From Chrysemys picta bellii (Eukaryota), in contig NC_088800.1 of NCBI RefSeq assembly GCF_011386835.1, positions 86,552,001 through 86,616,000 of the forward strand: 64,000 nt of DNA, read 5' to 3'. Below the pieces are notes generated by a model. The model was given only the letters and a program-made list of their open reading frames with translations, did not search any database and was not told where the DNA came from. A program made the translations under genes and the position numbers. Below are positions 49,925 through 63,200 of the stretch, in pieces. Each line of letters starts with the position of its first letter. Within the stretch, counting starts at the first letter, position 1.

Positions 49925-51282
49925 TAGCCTATTTACTGTGTTTCAGAGAAGTAAAGGCACTACAGGGAGCTTTGGGGAGGGGAGGGATGTTTAGTGAGCT
50001 CTGCTGTTTGGAGTGGCATGTCCTCGCTCTGTGCTATTAACACTACAGCTCCAGCAAGCAGAACCTTGTGAAAAGTTGCTGTGTCTTGTTTAAACTTTGT
50101 ATATTTACTCAGATGTATTTCGTTCCATACTGTCTGTGAGGTGCGCCAGTAAATGTTTTGGGGTTGGAGTGCAGTTACAATTCCCGCTAGACTAATGCAT
50201 CCTGCTGCTGTTGAGAAATGAGGCAGGACCCCACTGTAAATACTTCCTAGCCAAAGTGAATTGCACACATCTGTTCTGTTCAGCCTGACAGGGCGTCTGA
50301 CTGTTAGAAATAACCTTCGCTCTTGAACAGAGAGGCTGTGTGGCCAACATCCTCATTAAGAGTGACTACCGTAAATCCTTACTAAGAGCCAGGATTGTCC
50401 TTCATCTCCCCTCTAGCCCATGGACCAAGCTTCTCTCCCACACTAAGAACAGAACATCTTCTGCCTCCCTTAGCTCGCTTCAAAGCTTTCAGTAGCCTAC
50501 CTACCCCACAGGCCTATGGGCAGAGTCTGGGCTTTCTCTGCCCTGTCTGAAGGGAAACGTGTCACCATCTGGTTACTTCTAGCAGTAGAGACATTTACCT
50601 CCACTAATCCCAAATGCCTTGCAGGGTTAGTTTTCATGGCTGATGCCCGTTTTTCTTCTGAGCATCATGCAGCTCAGAGTTAGCTGGGATTATGGAAAGA
50701 GGATGCCCTCTGCGGCACTGAATTATCTGGAACCAAAAGTGGGGGAGTGTGGCATTTGTCCAGGGTTGCAGTGCTGCATGGGGCACAGCCTGTTGGCAGC
50801 TCTTACTTGCGGTGTAAAACTGTAACATGACAAAATCAAAAATCCCTAGAAAAAGTAGGGAGTGGCATTTTGGGCACTGTTCAGATGCTGGGCATAGTTC
50901 TTATGGAGGTAGCCTGTGTGCCTAACTCACATGAGGCTACAAACTCCACACACCTGACTCCTGTAGGGTGGGCCCTGCCAAGGATGAACAGAGTTTCCTT
51001 TTGTTAGATTGTATTCAAACTTAACATTACCCCTTCCCTGCTGACCGTGGGGGCCTCTGTGCGGTCTCCTGCACTGACTGGGGAGCCAGGGTGTATGGCA
51101 ATAATGTTGTAGGCATGTGGTGGTGAGAATAGCAGCAAATGGCCTTTAGCTGTTTTGTATCACGTAGGGCTCTGATACACATTAACTAACTAGCAGCTAT
51201 ATAAATACTGCCTGTGTTGTAACTACGGTTAATCAAATGTAACACCACTGTCTGGGATGTTTGTGTTTTTTACTGTACATAA

Positions 51283-51288
51283 ATTAAA
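51283..51288 (+). terminator. Candidate DCTN5 poly(A) signal (ATTAAA)
   Basis: Preceded by a T-rich tract with TGTA motifs, ~1.36 kb after the stop codon; not validated. Confidence 0.35.
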
Positions 51289-51769
51289 AGCCTCTTATAT
51301 GGGTCAAGTGACTTGAAAGTTGTAACTTTCCAAATCAAATTGCTCTGAAAGCAGAGTAAGCGTTCTGCCAAGGGCACCGAGTTCCTGCGGTGTTGATGGA
51401 CTCATGCCACATTCTATTGTTCAGAGAGAGGCACCGGAGCTATTACCAGGCATTAAAGAGCCTCTTGCATCACCAGAAACAGAGTAACTTGTGCTGTTGC
51501 TGTCTGTTTCACCTGTATACCTAGAAACAGAAAAATAAAATTCTAGGGCCATTGATGGGGAAACTGTCCTGAAAAACTCTAATAAACACTTACCGACCTT
51601 GCACAAAACTGTCCGCTCAGCTTTAATAACTGTGATAACAGGCCCCAGCCAAAAAATACTACTAGCTCCAGCCAGGTAGAGAACGGAAGGTGGGTATAAA
51701 CAGTTGCATGAAGGTAAGAACTCTCCAATTTTGCCAAGTACAATTAAGAGGCAGATAGAGGCAAAGGCA

Positions 51770-53840
51770 TCCTCTAAAAACTGGAATTCCAGCCCTAATG
51801 AGGAAACTAAAAAGGAACATAAACTCTGGCAAATCAAGTATAATTAGGCAGGTCAAAAAAGAATTTGAAAAGCAACTAGCAAAAGACTAACAGCAAATTT
51901 TTTTAACTATATCAGAAGCAGGAGGCCTGTCAAACAATCAGTGGGGCCACTGGAAGATTGAAGTGCTAAAGGAGCACTCGGGGAAGACAAGGCCAGTGCG
52001 GAGAAGCTAAATGAATTCTTTGAATCGGTCTTCACTGCAGAGGATGTGAGGGAGATTCCCACACTTGAGCCATTCCTTTTTAGGTGACAAATCTGAGAAA
52101 TTTTCCCTGATTGAGGTGACAGTAGCTGGGTTTTTGGAACAAATTGATTAAACAGTAATAGGTCACCAGTATCAGATGGTTTTCACCCACGAGTTCTGAA
52201 GGAACTCGTATGTGAAATTGCAAAACTACTAACTGTGGCATGTAACCTATTGCTTCAATCAGCCTCTGTACCAGGTGACTAGAGGAGAACTAATGTGACT
52301 CTGATTTTTAAAAAAGGCTTCCGAGATAATCCTGACAATTGCAGGCTGGGAAACCTGACTTCAGTACCAGGCAAATTGGTTGAAACTCTGGTAAAGAACA
52401 GAATTATCAAACACATGGATAGACATGATGTGTTGAGGGGAAAGTCAACACAGCTTTTGTAAAGAGAAATCACACCTCACCAATCTACTAGAATTCTTTG
52501 AGGTTGTCAACACACATGTGAATAAGAGTGATACAGTGTACATGGATTGTCAGAAAGCCTTTGACAAGGTCCTTCACCAAAAGCTCTTAAGCAAAATGAG
52601 CAGTCATGGGATAAGAGGGGAAAGTCGTCTCATGGATCAGTAACTGGTTACAAAATAGGAAACAAAGGGTAGAATAAATGGAGTTTTCAGAATGGAGAGA
52701 GGTAAATAGCAGGGTCCCCTAAGGATCTGTACTGGGACCTGTGCTGTTCAACATATTCATAAATAATCTGGCAGAAGGGTTTCAGAGTGGTAGTTGTGTT
52801 AGTCTGTATCAGCAGAAGGGGAACACAGCGAGGTGGCAAAGTTTGTAGATGATACAAAATTACTCAAGATAATTAAATCCAAAGCTGTTAAGAGTTACAA
52901 AGGGATCTCTGAAAATTGGGTTATTGGGCAACAAAATGGCAGGTGAAATTCAGTTTTCAGTGCAAAGTAATGCACATTGGAAAAAAATAATGCCAGCTAG
53001 ACATACAAAATGATGGGGACTAAATTATCTGTTACCACTCAAGAAAAATTGTGGAGTCCTCAGGGTTAGTTCTCTGTAAACATTTGCAGCAGCAGTCAAA
53101 AAAAACTAACAGAATGCTAGGAACCATTAGGAAAGAGATAAAACAGAAATTATATAATCCCACTACATAAATCCATAGTATGTCCACACCTTGAGTACTG
53201 TATGCAGTTCTAGTCAACCCATTTCAAAAATGATGTATTAAAATTAGAAAAATGTACAGAAAGGGTCAACAAAAATGATTAGGGGTATGGACCAACTTCC
53301 ATGGGCGGAGAGATTAAAGAAGACAAGACTTCATCTTAAAGAAAATAAGATGACTGAGGGAGGGATATCATAGAGGTCTATAAATCCTAAATGGTGTGGA
53401 GAAAGTGAATAGGGAAGTGTTATTTACCCCTTCACACAACACAAGAACAAGGGGTCACCCACTAAAATTAATAGCAGCAGGTTTAAAACAAACATAAGGA
53501 AGTACTACTTCACAGAACACACAGTCAACCTGTGGAACTCATTGCCAGGGGATGTTGAGAAGGCCAAAAGTATAACTGGGTTCAAAAAAGAATTAGAGAA
53601 GTCCATGGAGGTTAGGTCCATCAACGGCTGTAGCCAAGATGGTCAGGGATGCAACCCTGTGCTCTAGGTGTCCATAAACCTCCAAACTGGGACTGGATGA
53701 CAGGGTATGGATCAGTTGATAAATTGCCCTGTTCTGTTCATGCCCTCTAAAGCCCCTGGCACTGGCCACTGTCAGCAGACAGGATACTGGGCTAGATGGA
53801 CCCATTGGTCTGATGCAATATGGCTGTTTTTATATTCTTA
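51770..53840 (+). mobile_element. CR1 LINE (second family), ~2 kb degenerate ORF2 (RT) plus 3' UTR
   Basis: Frameshifted RT segments (cagaaagcctttgacaaggtcc; gtagatgatacaaaa = RT 'A/VDD'; cacaccttgagtactgtatgcagttc); 3' UTR gggctagatggacc. Confidence 0.88.
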
Positions 53841-54159
53841 ATCCCTTGGAGTTAATTGAAAAGTCACACTCTTAAGAAAACCAAGTGCAGTGGGAAGCCT
53901 TGCCACAAAATGAGTCCCACTGACCTCAGTGAGTTTCAAGTCTGAAGAGGTGATGCAAATTGCCCACTTTAGCTTTAATTCCTCCCACCCTTAAAGAGTA
54001 GGGAAATAAAGAAGAGCCCTGCTCATAGAAGGGGAGTGGAGAGATTGTTTCTGAAACAGGCAGCCAGCCAGCCACAACTGTAGCCCCCAGTTATCCTTAA
54101 TAGGGAGGTGTAGGTTATGGAGACTCCATCTCCCAGCTTGCCGTATTCCAGCCGGAACT

Positions 54160-54400
54160 GTGGTAGTCCCGTCTCTTAAGAGCTGGGGTGTCTATCCTCA
54201 TGTGTTATCCTAATTCCAATTTGGTAATTGCATTCTGCCTACATCAATTATCCCTGTAATGTTAGTTGGATACAGCATCCTTTGGTTCCTGTCATACTGA
54301 GGTGCACTGTTAAACGGCCATGTTCCACCTGCCCCCACCCTGAGCTGATGGTATTCAGCGACAGGTGAAACGATATCTACAGCTATCTGCAATGGCCCTG
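54160..54400 (-). mobile_element. Possible ancient SINE remnant (AmnSINE-like tail)
   Basis: Reverse complement gaatgcaattacc...ggataacac...acaccccagctctt resembles my recollection of the AmnSINE 3' tail; unverified. Confidence 0.25.
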
Positions 54401-54714
54401 CAGCACGAGACTTTCTTACCCTGATTATCATTACTAGAAATGAGAGTCCTGAGGGCACCCAGCCCATTTTAAAATCCAGCCAGTTCCTCTCTCCAGCCCT
54501 GAAGTGTAAGCATCCCCAACGCTCTGCAATAGTTCTATTGTTGCTGCCTCAAGCACTTGGAAATGCCCCTGTTTTCTTCTGACACTATAATTTTCTAGGA
54601 GGGTGGGATTCCTTTTCCATCAGCTCCTCAGCCCAACCAACGCTGGCAGGCCCCCTGAGATCTGATTTTACATGAGAGCTAAAATAACACAGGGTTGGTG
54701 TAGTGGCTGTTGGG

Positions 54715-55167
54715 TCATAGAATCATAGAATATCAGGGTTGGAAGGGACCTCAGGAGGTCATCTAGTCCAACCCCCTGCTCAAAGCAGGACCAATCCCCA
54801 ACCAAATCATCCCAGCCAGGGCTTTGTCAAGCCTGACCTTAAAAACCTCTAAGGAAGGAGATTCCACCACCTCCCTAGGTAACCCATTCCAGTGCTTCAC
54901 CACCCTCCTAGTGAAAAAGTTTTTCCTAATATCCAACCTAAACCTTCCCCACTGCAACTTGAGACCATTACTCCTTGTTCTGTCATCTGGTATCACTGAG
55001 AACAGTCTAGATCCATCCTCTTTGGAACCCCCTTTCAGGTAGTTGAAAGCAGCTATTAAATCCCACCTCATTCTTCTCTTCTGCAGACTAAACAATCCCA
55101 GTTCCCTCAGCCTCTCCTCATAAGTCATGTGCCCCAGCCCCCTAATCATTTTTGTTGCCCTCCGCTG
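54715..55167 (-). mobile_element. CR1 LINE 3' end, young
   Basis: ORF 54763..55149 ([23 protein letters not shown]), (ATTCTATG)2 tail. Confidence 0.92.
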
Positions 55168-55328
55168 ATCCTCCAGTGCTGTGGTCCTATTAAGCCCTGT
55201 CTACACTGGGCTTCAAAAAGAGAATGCTTTTGGTTTAAACTCATTCCAGGGGTATCTTAATACTTGGTTCTGTATTGGCAAACCAGATCCATTCAGTGGG
55301 TGCAACTGTATTTAAGTAGAGTTTAAGA

Positions 55329-55547
55329 CAGGGGTTCTCAAACTGGGGGTCGGGACCCATCAGGGGGGTCGCAAGGTTATTACATGGGGGGTCGCGAGCT
55401 GTCAACCTCCACTTCAAACCCCGCTTGCCTCCAGCATTTATAATGGTGTTAAATCTATTTAAAAGGGTGTTTAATTTATTAGGGGGGCCGCACTCAGAGG
55501 CTTGCAATGTGAAAGGGGTCACCAGTAAAAAAGTGTGAGACCCACTG
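55329..55547 (+). mobile_element. hAT-type MITE, complete
   Basis: TIR CAGGGGTTCTCAAAC / GTGTGAGACCCACTG; perfect 8-bp TSD GTTTAAGA. Confidence 0.88.
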
Positions 55548-58500
55548 GTTTAAGAAACCCTGTGAAACTGGGCCTGGAGCCAGATGTCGCTGGAGGCTTA
55601 AAGAGCTTTACTGTACATTTCTCCTTTGAGTCACCTTGCCTGGGTTTAGTGTGATGAAAAGGTGACAGTGGGCTAGGGCCTGCTGCCTTTTCACCTGAGC
55701 AGAGCAAGTATTAAGTCAGATGTTCTTTGCATGGGAGGACATTGTGTCCTGTTGCTAAGTGAGCTTAACCGCTGAAAGGATTTGATCCTCCAGTCTATTC
55801 CCCTCATGGCCTCTCCATCGAGAAGCAAGAGCTATGTACTCTGCAGCTGCCATGATACAGGCACATAGATTGACGCCTGGAAGATCACATGCCCAGACAC
55901 ACTTAAACTACTGAGCTTCTTGCATGATCACCTGGAGGTTAGACATTGAGTAGTTGCAGTAACATGTTAAGTCACATTGCAGAGTGGCACCCAGGCTACC
56001 AACCATCGCTTTGCGGACTGACCAAGGCAGCTCTGTGCTTGGCAAGAAGGGTCCAGCTCTATGCGTGTTACCATGATGTCCACTTCAGAGTTTCAACACC
56101 ACACAGGGCATTTCACAAGGATTTCTTGATTGGTGACCACCCCTGGGCATCGTGAAGTTAGGGAAGGAAGACTAAATAAAGGGGAAAACCCCTTTGGAAG
56201 ATGGGAGCTACTTTTGGGGGGTGGAATTAAGGGGGTGTAGTCAAAAGCCATTTGGATGAGCTATGGACCTGCCATGCTTCCCCACACACCTGAATGGAGC
56301 TGCCTGGTGCTGTGGTGTGTGAGCACAGCTGTCCAGCTTGGGGCCTGCAGTTCCAGGCACGTGTCCGCGTAGAATCCCTTTTACCACACTGAGCTGCCAC
56401 ACTGCTGCTTCAATGACCATCTGTTTTGTTGTCTTTGTTAAGGTGGCCTCTGCCAGGGCCTAAAGACCAAGTCACCAGCGAAGACCTCACAAACGCAGCC
56501 CTGTTAAAATCCCCTAGATCTGGCCCTTTTAACCTCCGTCCTCTGGAGCATCGCTCTGTCCGGGCTCGTCTCTGAACCTCTGCCTGCTGGCTAGCTGCAC
56601 TGGCTGGAATGATGAAGTGTCCCTAGGTTGGTGCCTGCCACCACTGCCTCCTGGGAGTTGTCGTTTCCTGATGTCTACCATTAGCCTGATACAGGAGAAC
56701 GAACCACAACTTCCAAGAGGAGGCTTTGCTGCACCGAGCTGGAGCAAACGGCCACAGTGGAGCTAGTTGGCTTTGGGGGCAATGGAGACTCTGCTACTGG
56801 ATTCCTCTGATCAGGAACCTTTTAAAAACATTCTCACTTGCTGAAACAATAAACCAACCCTGCATTCTGCCACCATCCTGCTTTGTGAGCCATGAATGCC
56901 CTGCCCTTGACGGGACCGGGCTGCTGGCAGCATTACCCCATGCTCGCGTGCTTTGTTTGAAATATAAACAGTGCTCAGAAACGTAACAAAATCAGAGCTC
57001 TAGGAAGCTGCCTTCTCCCAGCCTGTGCTTCCAGGATAGCTGGGGTCAGCCACAAAAGAGATTTCACTATCAGGCCAAGCCTCACGAGCACTGTGTAACT
57101 GCTGGTTATCATGGGGCCCTGCCACGAGACGGAATGGGCCCCAGGAGCATTGCTGGAGGTCAGACCAGCTCTACAAAGACAGGAGCCCAGCCCAGGCTGG
57201 GGATTTCTTGGAACTAGGTGAGCCATTGGCTGCAATGTTAGTGACCCTGCAGGGCTTAGTGTTGGCTCCTAACATGTGTCCAGCACTCCAGTTTCGGCTG
57301 AGCCATGAACTCTCAAGTCCCTTCTAGAAAAGATCGTAATGCCTCTAGCTTGAGGTACCAATTAGCCAGTATTTATTTAAACTTGGCAGCAGCGTCTCCT
57401 GGGAGGGGCTGGCTAACTGCTTACAAAGGTGCCTTGTACCAGCTGGGGCTGTATTTTGAGTCATCCTCACACTCCTGGGGTTAAATGAAGCTGGTTCGGT
57501 TAATGGGGAGGGGAAGCCAGGGCAGGGATATTTGTAAATTAACATATAAAACCCTGACCTGAGCCCTGTTTACAGTTCATGCGAGCTGTTAGCAGTGAGC
57601 GGAGCCAAAGGACAGAGTGCCATCCGGCTCCCACACTAATTCAAATGCAAAGGAAGGTTGGTTTGTTTGCACATGTTGTTTTTAAAAAAGCTCCGCGGCA
57701 CGCCTGTTCGGGCCTGGCAGCACCCGGCTGGGAAACACTGCCCTGTGAAACACAAACCCTTCTTCTGAAGGGCTGGCTGGGGTGCCAAATCAGAACCCCC
57801 CCCCAGTGCCCTTGTTACTAACGATATCAGTGTAAATCTGCTACGCTCAGGCCGATAAGAGCCATTATCAAACAGGGCAAAATAAACTATTGCAAAACCC
57901 CCAAAACCAAATGAAAGTTATACTGCGTTGTGTACGTCACTTAGGCAATGGAAAGCCTCCATCTCCCGCCCGATAGCAGGTGCCCTGAGCCTTTCTGACT
58001 CAGCAGAAGTGGGTCCTTCATAGTCTGCGGGAGGGGAAAATAGCAGCATCTCCCTGAGAGGGAAATTGAGAGCGTGTTATTTCTCTAGAACCCCTTTTAA
58101 TGTCACTGGCTTCTGGACCCTCCCCAAATCGGGCCCAATGCCACTAGTCTGTTCCTGAGGCCAGCGAGCACGTTTCGATGGGTTGCTGCCCTGTATGCCA
58201 CTGAGCAGGAGCACCAGATGTTCCCCAGCTGCACTGCACACACAAAGCAGGAATCAGGCAGAGGCAGCACAATCCACATGTGAGAGAACACCGCAATGGC
58301 CTTATCATGATAGTTCTACCCAACACCAGGTGGCTTCCAGGGCTGGCTGCGAGTTGGCAAACTGAGCAATTCTGGTCTCGTCTGGAGGTTTCTGCATGCG
58401 GAGAACTGGGTTCTCCACCTGAAAACAGGAGCATTTTGAGTCCTGGGGAGAGGGGCGAGAGCAGAAAGAATCACTTGCCTGTCCCAACAAGTGACCCCTT

Positions 58501-59529
58501 TAGAACACTGTTCTCTGTGGAAATGCCACAGGGCTCCACCCCAAGCTTAGTCCTGGATCTGCACCCCCCACCACTGCAGGGAGAGCGATTAGACATCCAG
58601 GGCACTGTCTGTGGGCAGGACTGCTGGCCCAGATGAATCATCAGGGCTCCGATAATAATGCCTTTGACCCTGTACTGGGATCCTTCTTTCCTTTGGTTTT
58701 ATGCAACCTTCCCTTTGTTTTTTGTCCTGCAGCAGCCAGTCAGTGCCCAAGCGCTGCCGCTGCACCTGGTGCAGATTATGTATTAATATTGGTATCGCTT
58801 TAATCTAGAACACAGATACGGTGGCGCAAAGACTATAGTGCTGTGCACCCAGATAACACACCCTTCCGCCCTGAGTAGCCCGGCAGCTAAATGAGACCAG
58901 ACCAGCTGGCAGGCAGACAGGAATTCCAGCCTGGTTATCTCCAGGCCCAGGGTGAGCCAAGGTCTCCTTCACCCATCTCATTAGCTACAAGTGCGCCGCA
59001 GCTTTCTGTCTGAGCCTCTGTCCATCATATCGCACCGGTCCGAGCTGAATTGTTAGCCCTTCAGTGCTGGGATCTGTCTCTATCCCACACGAACATCTTG
59101 GTTAACTTGCACGCAAGGCTCCTCACATGCATTTCCTACCAGTGCAGTCATTGAAAGCCCAGGAAATTGACAGCTAAGCCACAATTCCCTTGCCTTGGCT
59201 CCTATCCACCCTAATACCCAGCCACTTCTCCAGCTCCTGACCAACCAACAGAGGGATCCCAGTGCGACTCTCAGCAGCCTGAGCTGTGGGGTCATAGCTG
59301 ACGTTTCCGTGATACTGGGGAGGGAGGGAGCACAATGCGGGCATAAGGGGAAGGAGAAGCAGTAGGATCAAAGCTCAGAGCAGTGGAAGCTGCATGTTTC
59401 TATTGGATTAAAATTCAAGGAAGAGGAGAGCTACTAAGAGACGTCCCCCAAGGCCCCAACTCCATTGCTGTGTCCTGAGAAGGGCTGGGAGCTCCACATT
59501 AGGCCAGAGTCGTTTTGTTCTTTGCCAGT

Positions 59530-60210
59530 AGCAACGGAGGAATTCAACTATCCCCATATTGACTGGGACATGTCACCTCAGGCCGGGCTTCTAGACACCA
59601 TTAATGGCTGCTTCTTGGAGCAGCCAGTCCTGGAACCCACAAGGGAAGAAGCAATTCTTGATTTAGTCCTAAGTGGTGCACAGGATCTGGTCCAAGAGGT
59701 GAATATAGCTCAACCGCTTGGTAATAGTGACCGTAATGTAATTAAACTTAACAGCCGGGGGGGGGGGGGGGGAGGAATATCAAAGAAACCCACTGCAGTA
59801 GCATTTAACTTCAAAAAAGGGAACAACACAAAAATGAGGTGTCTAGTTTAAATGGAAATTAGAAGGAACAGTCATGAGTGAAAAGCCTGCAGGCTGCTCG
59901 GAAACTATTTAAAAACACCATAATAGAGGCGCAGACTAAACGTGTACCACAAATTAAAGAAAACAGCAAGAGGACCAATAAAATGCCACCACGGCTAAAG
60001 AGCAAAGTGACAGAGGTGACAAGTTTTAGGTAAGTTCACGGAGAAAACGTCTATCAATGGCTATTAGGCAGGATGGTCAGGGATGCAACCCTACACTTCG
60101 GGCGACGGGATGGATCACTGGATGATTCCCTGTTCTGTTCATTCCCTGTGAGGCATTGGCCACGGTGAGAAGACAGGACACTGGGCTAGATGGACCATCG
60201 GTCTGACCCC
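59530..60210 (+). mobile_element. CR1 fragment: endonuclease region joined to 3' UTR after an internal deletion
   Basis: FNYPHIDW...FLEQPVLEPTREEAILDLVL (APE domain) in ORF 59465..59851; 3' UTR ...gggctagatggacc at ~60180. Confidence 0.8.
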
Positions 60211-63200
60211 TCCTTAGGAGGTGGCATCTCCCGCCCGGCTTTTTCTCTTCTGTTTCTCCTATGTCTGCCGTGGGGATGGCAGGGATTTCAAACTAGACCG
60301 TGCCAGGTTGGACACATTGCTCTGATGCAGCCCAAGGCAAAGGCTCCCCTAACCCCTGACTAGGAATTACTGTGGCAGGAGCTTTCTCTGTCCGCTCCTC
60401 AGGCCCTGCTCCTGGACTCCCAATCCCCTCTGCTTCTGCATGCCAGGGGAGCCCCGACTCAGTACAGATCAAAGCAAACAATGGCTACCCAACCTGAGCA
60501 GCCCTCTGTGCTTCACACAGAGAGAAATTGGTTTGAATTGTAAGGGCTCCATCTGCCCAGCTGAACTGTCCCCTGCCTCCCCTGCCTCCCGGTCAGCTCT
60601 GGCAGTGGGGAGGGTCAGCGTCCCCAGGGCCTGGGCTCAAAAATGCTGCACAGGGCACAGGGCCCTGGCTGAAACAAAGGCAGGGATCAGTGTTAGTGTC
60701 AGGAACCTGGGTCCAGCGCCCTTTGCCTCCAGCCCCCTGGCTGCTTTGGGAGCCACCACCCTTGCATCATAATCACCCCCTTCACAGGGGCCTGATCCTG
60801 GGGTCACTCTGGCAGTGCAAAGGCTGTAACTTGCTAGCATAAAGCCAGCTGATCTCGCTCCTGCACCAGCAGCCTCCCGGTGAGCAGGCCTGCCTGGGAA
60901 GTGGGCTCCCTTAGGGGCCATGCACTAGTGCAGTAAGTTAGAGCACCCCCATGGCTGCTGTGACTCACCCCAGAACTGGGCTAGTCCAGAATCAGGGAGC
61001 TGTAAGTGCCCCCCCCCCCGCCCCCGAGTGGAGCACAGCAGCAGGTGGAATGAGCTCTCAGCCTGAGAGCGAATGCTGCCGAGAGCCTTGCAGTTAAATG
61101 TAACAACCCCGCCAGTATTCGGGTCCACGGCAATCTGTAGCCTAGCGCCCCCCACCTCGCCCCGCCCCGCCCCGGGGCTGGCAGCAGCACCAGGAAACAG
61201 TTTGCCAAGAAAATAACTGTAGAGACCAAGCAACAGGCTTATGTGGCCAGGGGCATTTGGCTTTTTTGCAAGACATCCCGGGAGGGTGTTGTCCTTGTCA
61301 AGTTGCCTCCACAGAGCTTCTCCCCAGCCCCTGCAATATTATTCTGGGCAGAAAACAGGTCTGTTCTTCCTTCCCCAAGAACACAGTGTCCTGTAATCTG
61401 AGCCGAGGCAGCTGTGCAGTAAAAGCCTCACAGCCCTTCACAGGGAGGTGTGAGCCCAGCTCCCCAGGGCGCACACCCCGATGGGAGCAGCACCAGATGG
61501 GCACAGCACAGCTGCCCAGGGGCCAAGACCTGCCGTCCTCACGGGCACAGCCCCAGTGAAGTCAGGGAAATCTGCCTGAGTCCAGACCACAGGACTTGGC
61601 CTTTGGTCAAGTATCTTCCCTTTGGTGCTGCCACGCTCTGTGTTTCAGGTGACAGGGCTCCCAGAGTCCAGGGCTCGGCTTTATACCTTCGTTTCACTAT
61701 CCCTGATATGAGCAGAGTGTCTGATTTACATTTGAGCGAGAGGAGGCTGGGGCTGGATTTCCCTGTCGGGGTTAATGCGCTCTGCAGCCCTGGGAACCCT
61801 CTGCTAAAGCACAACCCCTCGAGGGGGAAAGCGGTGAGAACCAGCGTGGGCCAAGCTGGGGGAAACGCGGAGAGTAAAACAGAGTAAACGGCAAAACCCA
61901 AATCAGAACTTTCCCATTCTCAGGGGGTCTCAGCAACAAAGGGAGGGAGGTAGAAACCAAAGCGCCTGGTTTTAACCTGCCTGTGCCCTTTGGGAGGATG
62001 CCTGCCCCTGCCCCTGCCACTCGCACAGGGTCCTTTGGGGGTGAGAATGTACCGGGTTACGTTTGCCTGGGACAGACCTTGGCTTGCGCTGCCCCGCCCC
62101 TCCACCATGCCCGCCGTGGCATTGGCTGCATCCCCTGCGCTTGGCTCCTGGCTGATGCCCTTTGTTCTCTGTAAAGGAATTAGAGCCACTTTCCACCTCT
62201 TCACGTGAGCTATTAAATCAGCACCTCGGCTTGCACTACAAGCTGCGGGTTTGAATCCCTGCCTGACTCAAACCTAGCTCAGGGCGACCCATGTGCCTCA
62301 CGGCTAGCCCGAGAGCTGGCAGGCCCTAGGCACCAGGAGGGGAGAAGCTCTGAGGTTGTTGCGAGTCCCTCACTGACCCGTCCCAGCCCCGCTGCCATCT
62401 CCCCCAAAGTGCAGCGTCTCAGCCCAGGTCACTGGCAGTGCGGAGCCGTCGCCTGTAGGACTGTCAGCCTAGGGCGGGCGTCTCTGTGCTGCGTCTTTGT
62501 GTAGCGCCAGCACATCAGGGCACCGACGCCTGCCGGGGCCTCCAGGAGCTACCACAGTACAAACAAATAAGAACATGAGCTGCCAGGTGTGGCCCATAGG
62601 AAGCCCCTTGCAGCTCTCCTGGTTCAGGCTGATGTATGGTCCCTCCGTCTCAGTATGGGCCCCCAGTGCCCAGCAGGGGAATGCTGCCACGCTCGCAGGG
62701 AAACAGTCCACAAGAGCAAGGGAACAGCTGAACCAGACCTGGCCATGGCCCCGCCCATCCCTGCGACGGTCAGTGCCGCATGCTCGCCTCGGAGAGGCAC
62801 CCGGCACACCTGACTGCAAAGAGCTCGGCCCACGGGCGGAGGCCAGAGGCTGGAGGAGTCCCGGCAGAGCAGGAAGGGAAGCCAGGGCCCCAGGCAGGTC
62901 TCCAGGGAGCTCCGTGCCGGATGGCCCCAGGGCTCCGTCATGGCTGGTCACGCCGGCCTGAGGCACAGGACGAAGGATGCTGCGGAGCAGCTCGGGGCGC
63001 AGCGGCTGTGTGACTGGCTGGGCCTGCTGCCCCGTACACCCCGTTACGAGGGGTGGGGCCTGGACAGGCCCCAAACTCGCCCTTCCTGGGGCTGGACTTT
63101 GTTAAACACATGAACAATATGACGACAGAGGCCAGCCTGAGCCGGGCCCACCCAGGCACGGCTGCTCCTACGGTTCCCTGCCCTGCCCCAGACCCAGGTC

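Noticed and set aside
62469-63074. 201-aa minus-strand ORF with a hydrophobic stretch (WQLMFLFVCTVVA)
   Set aside because: No recognisable domain or consistent splice chain; GC-rich region
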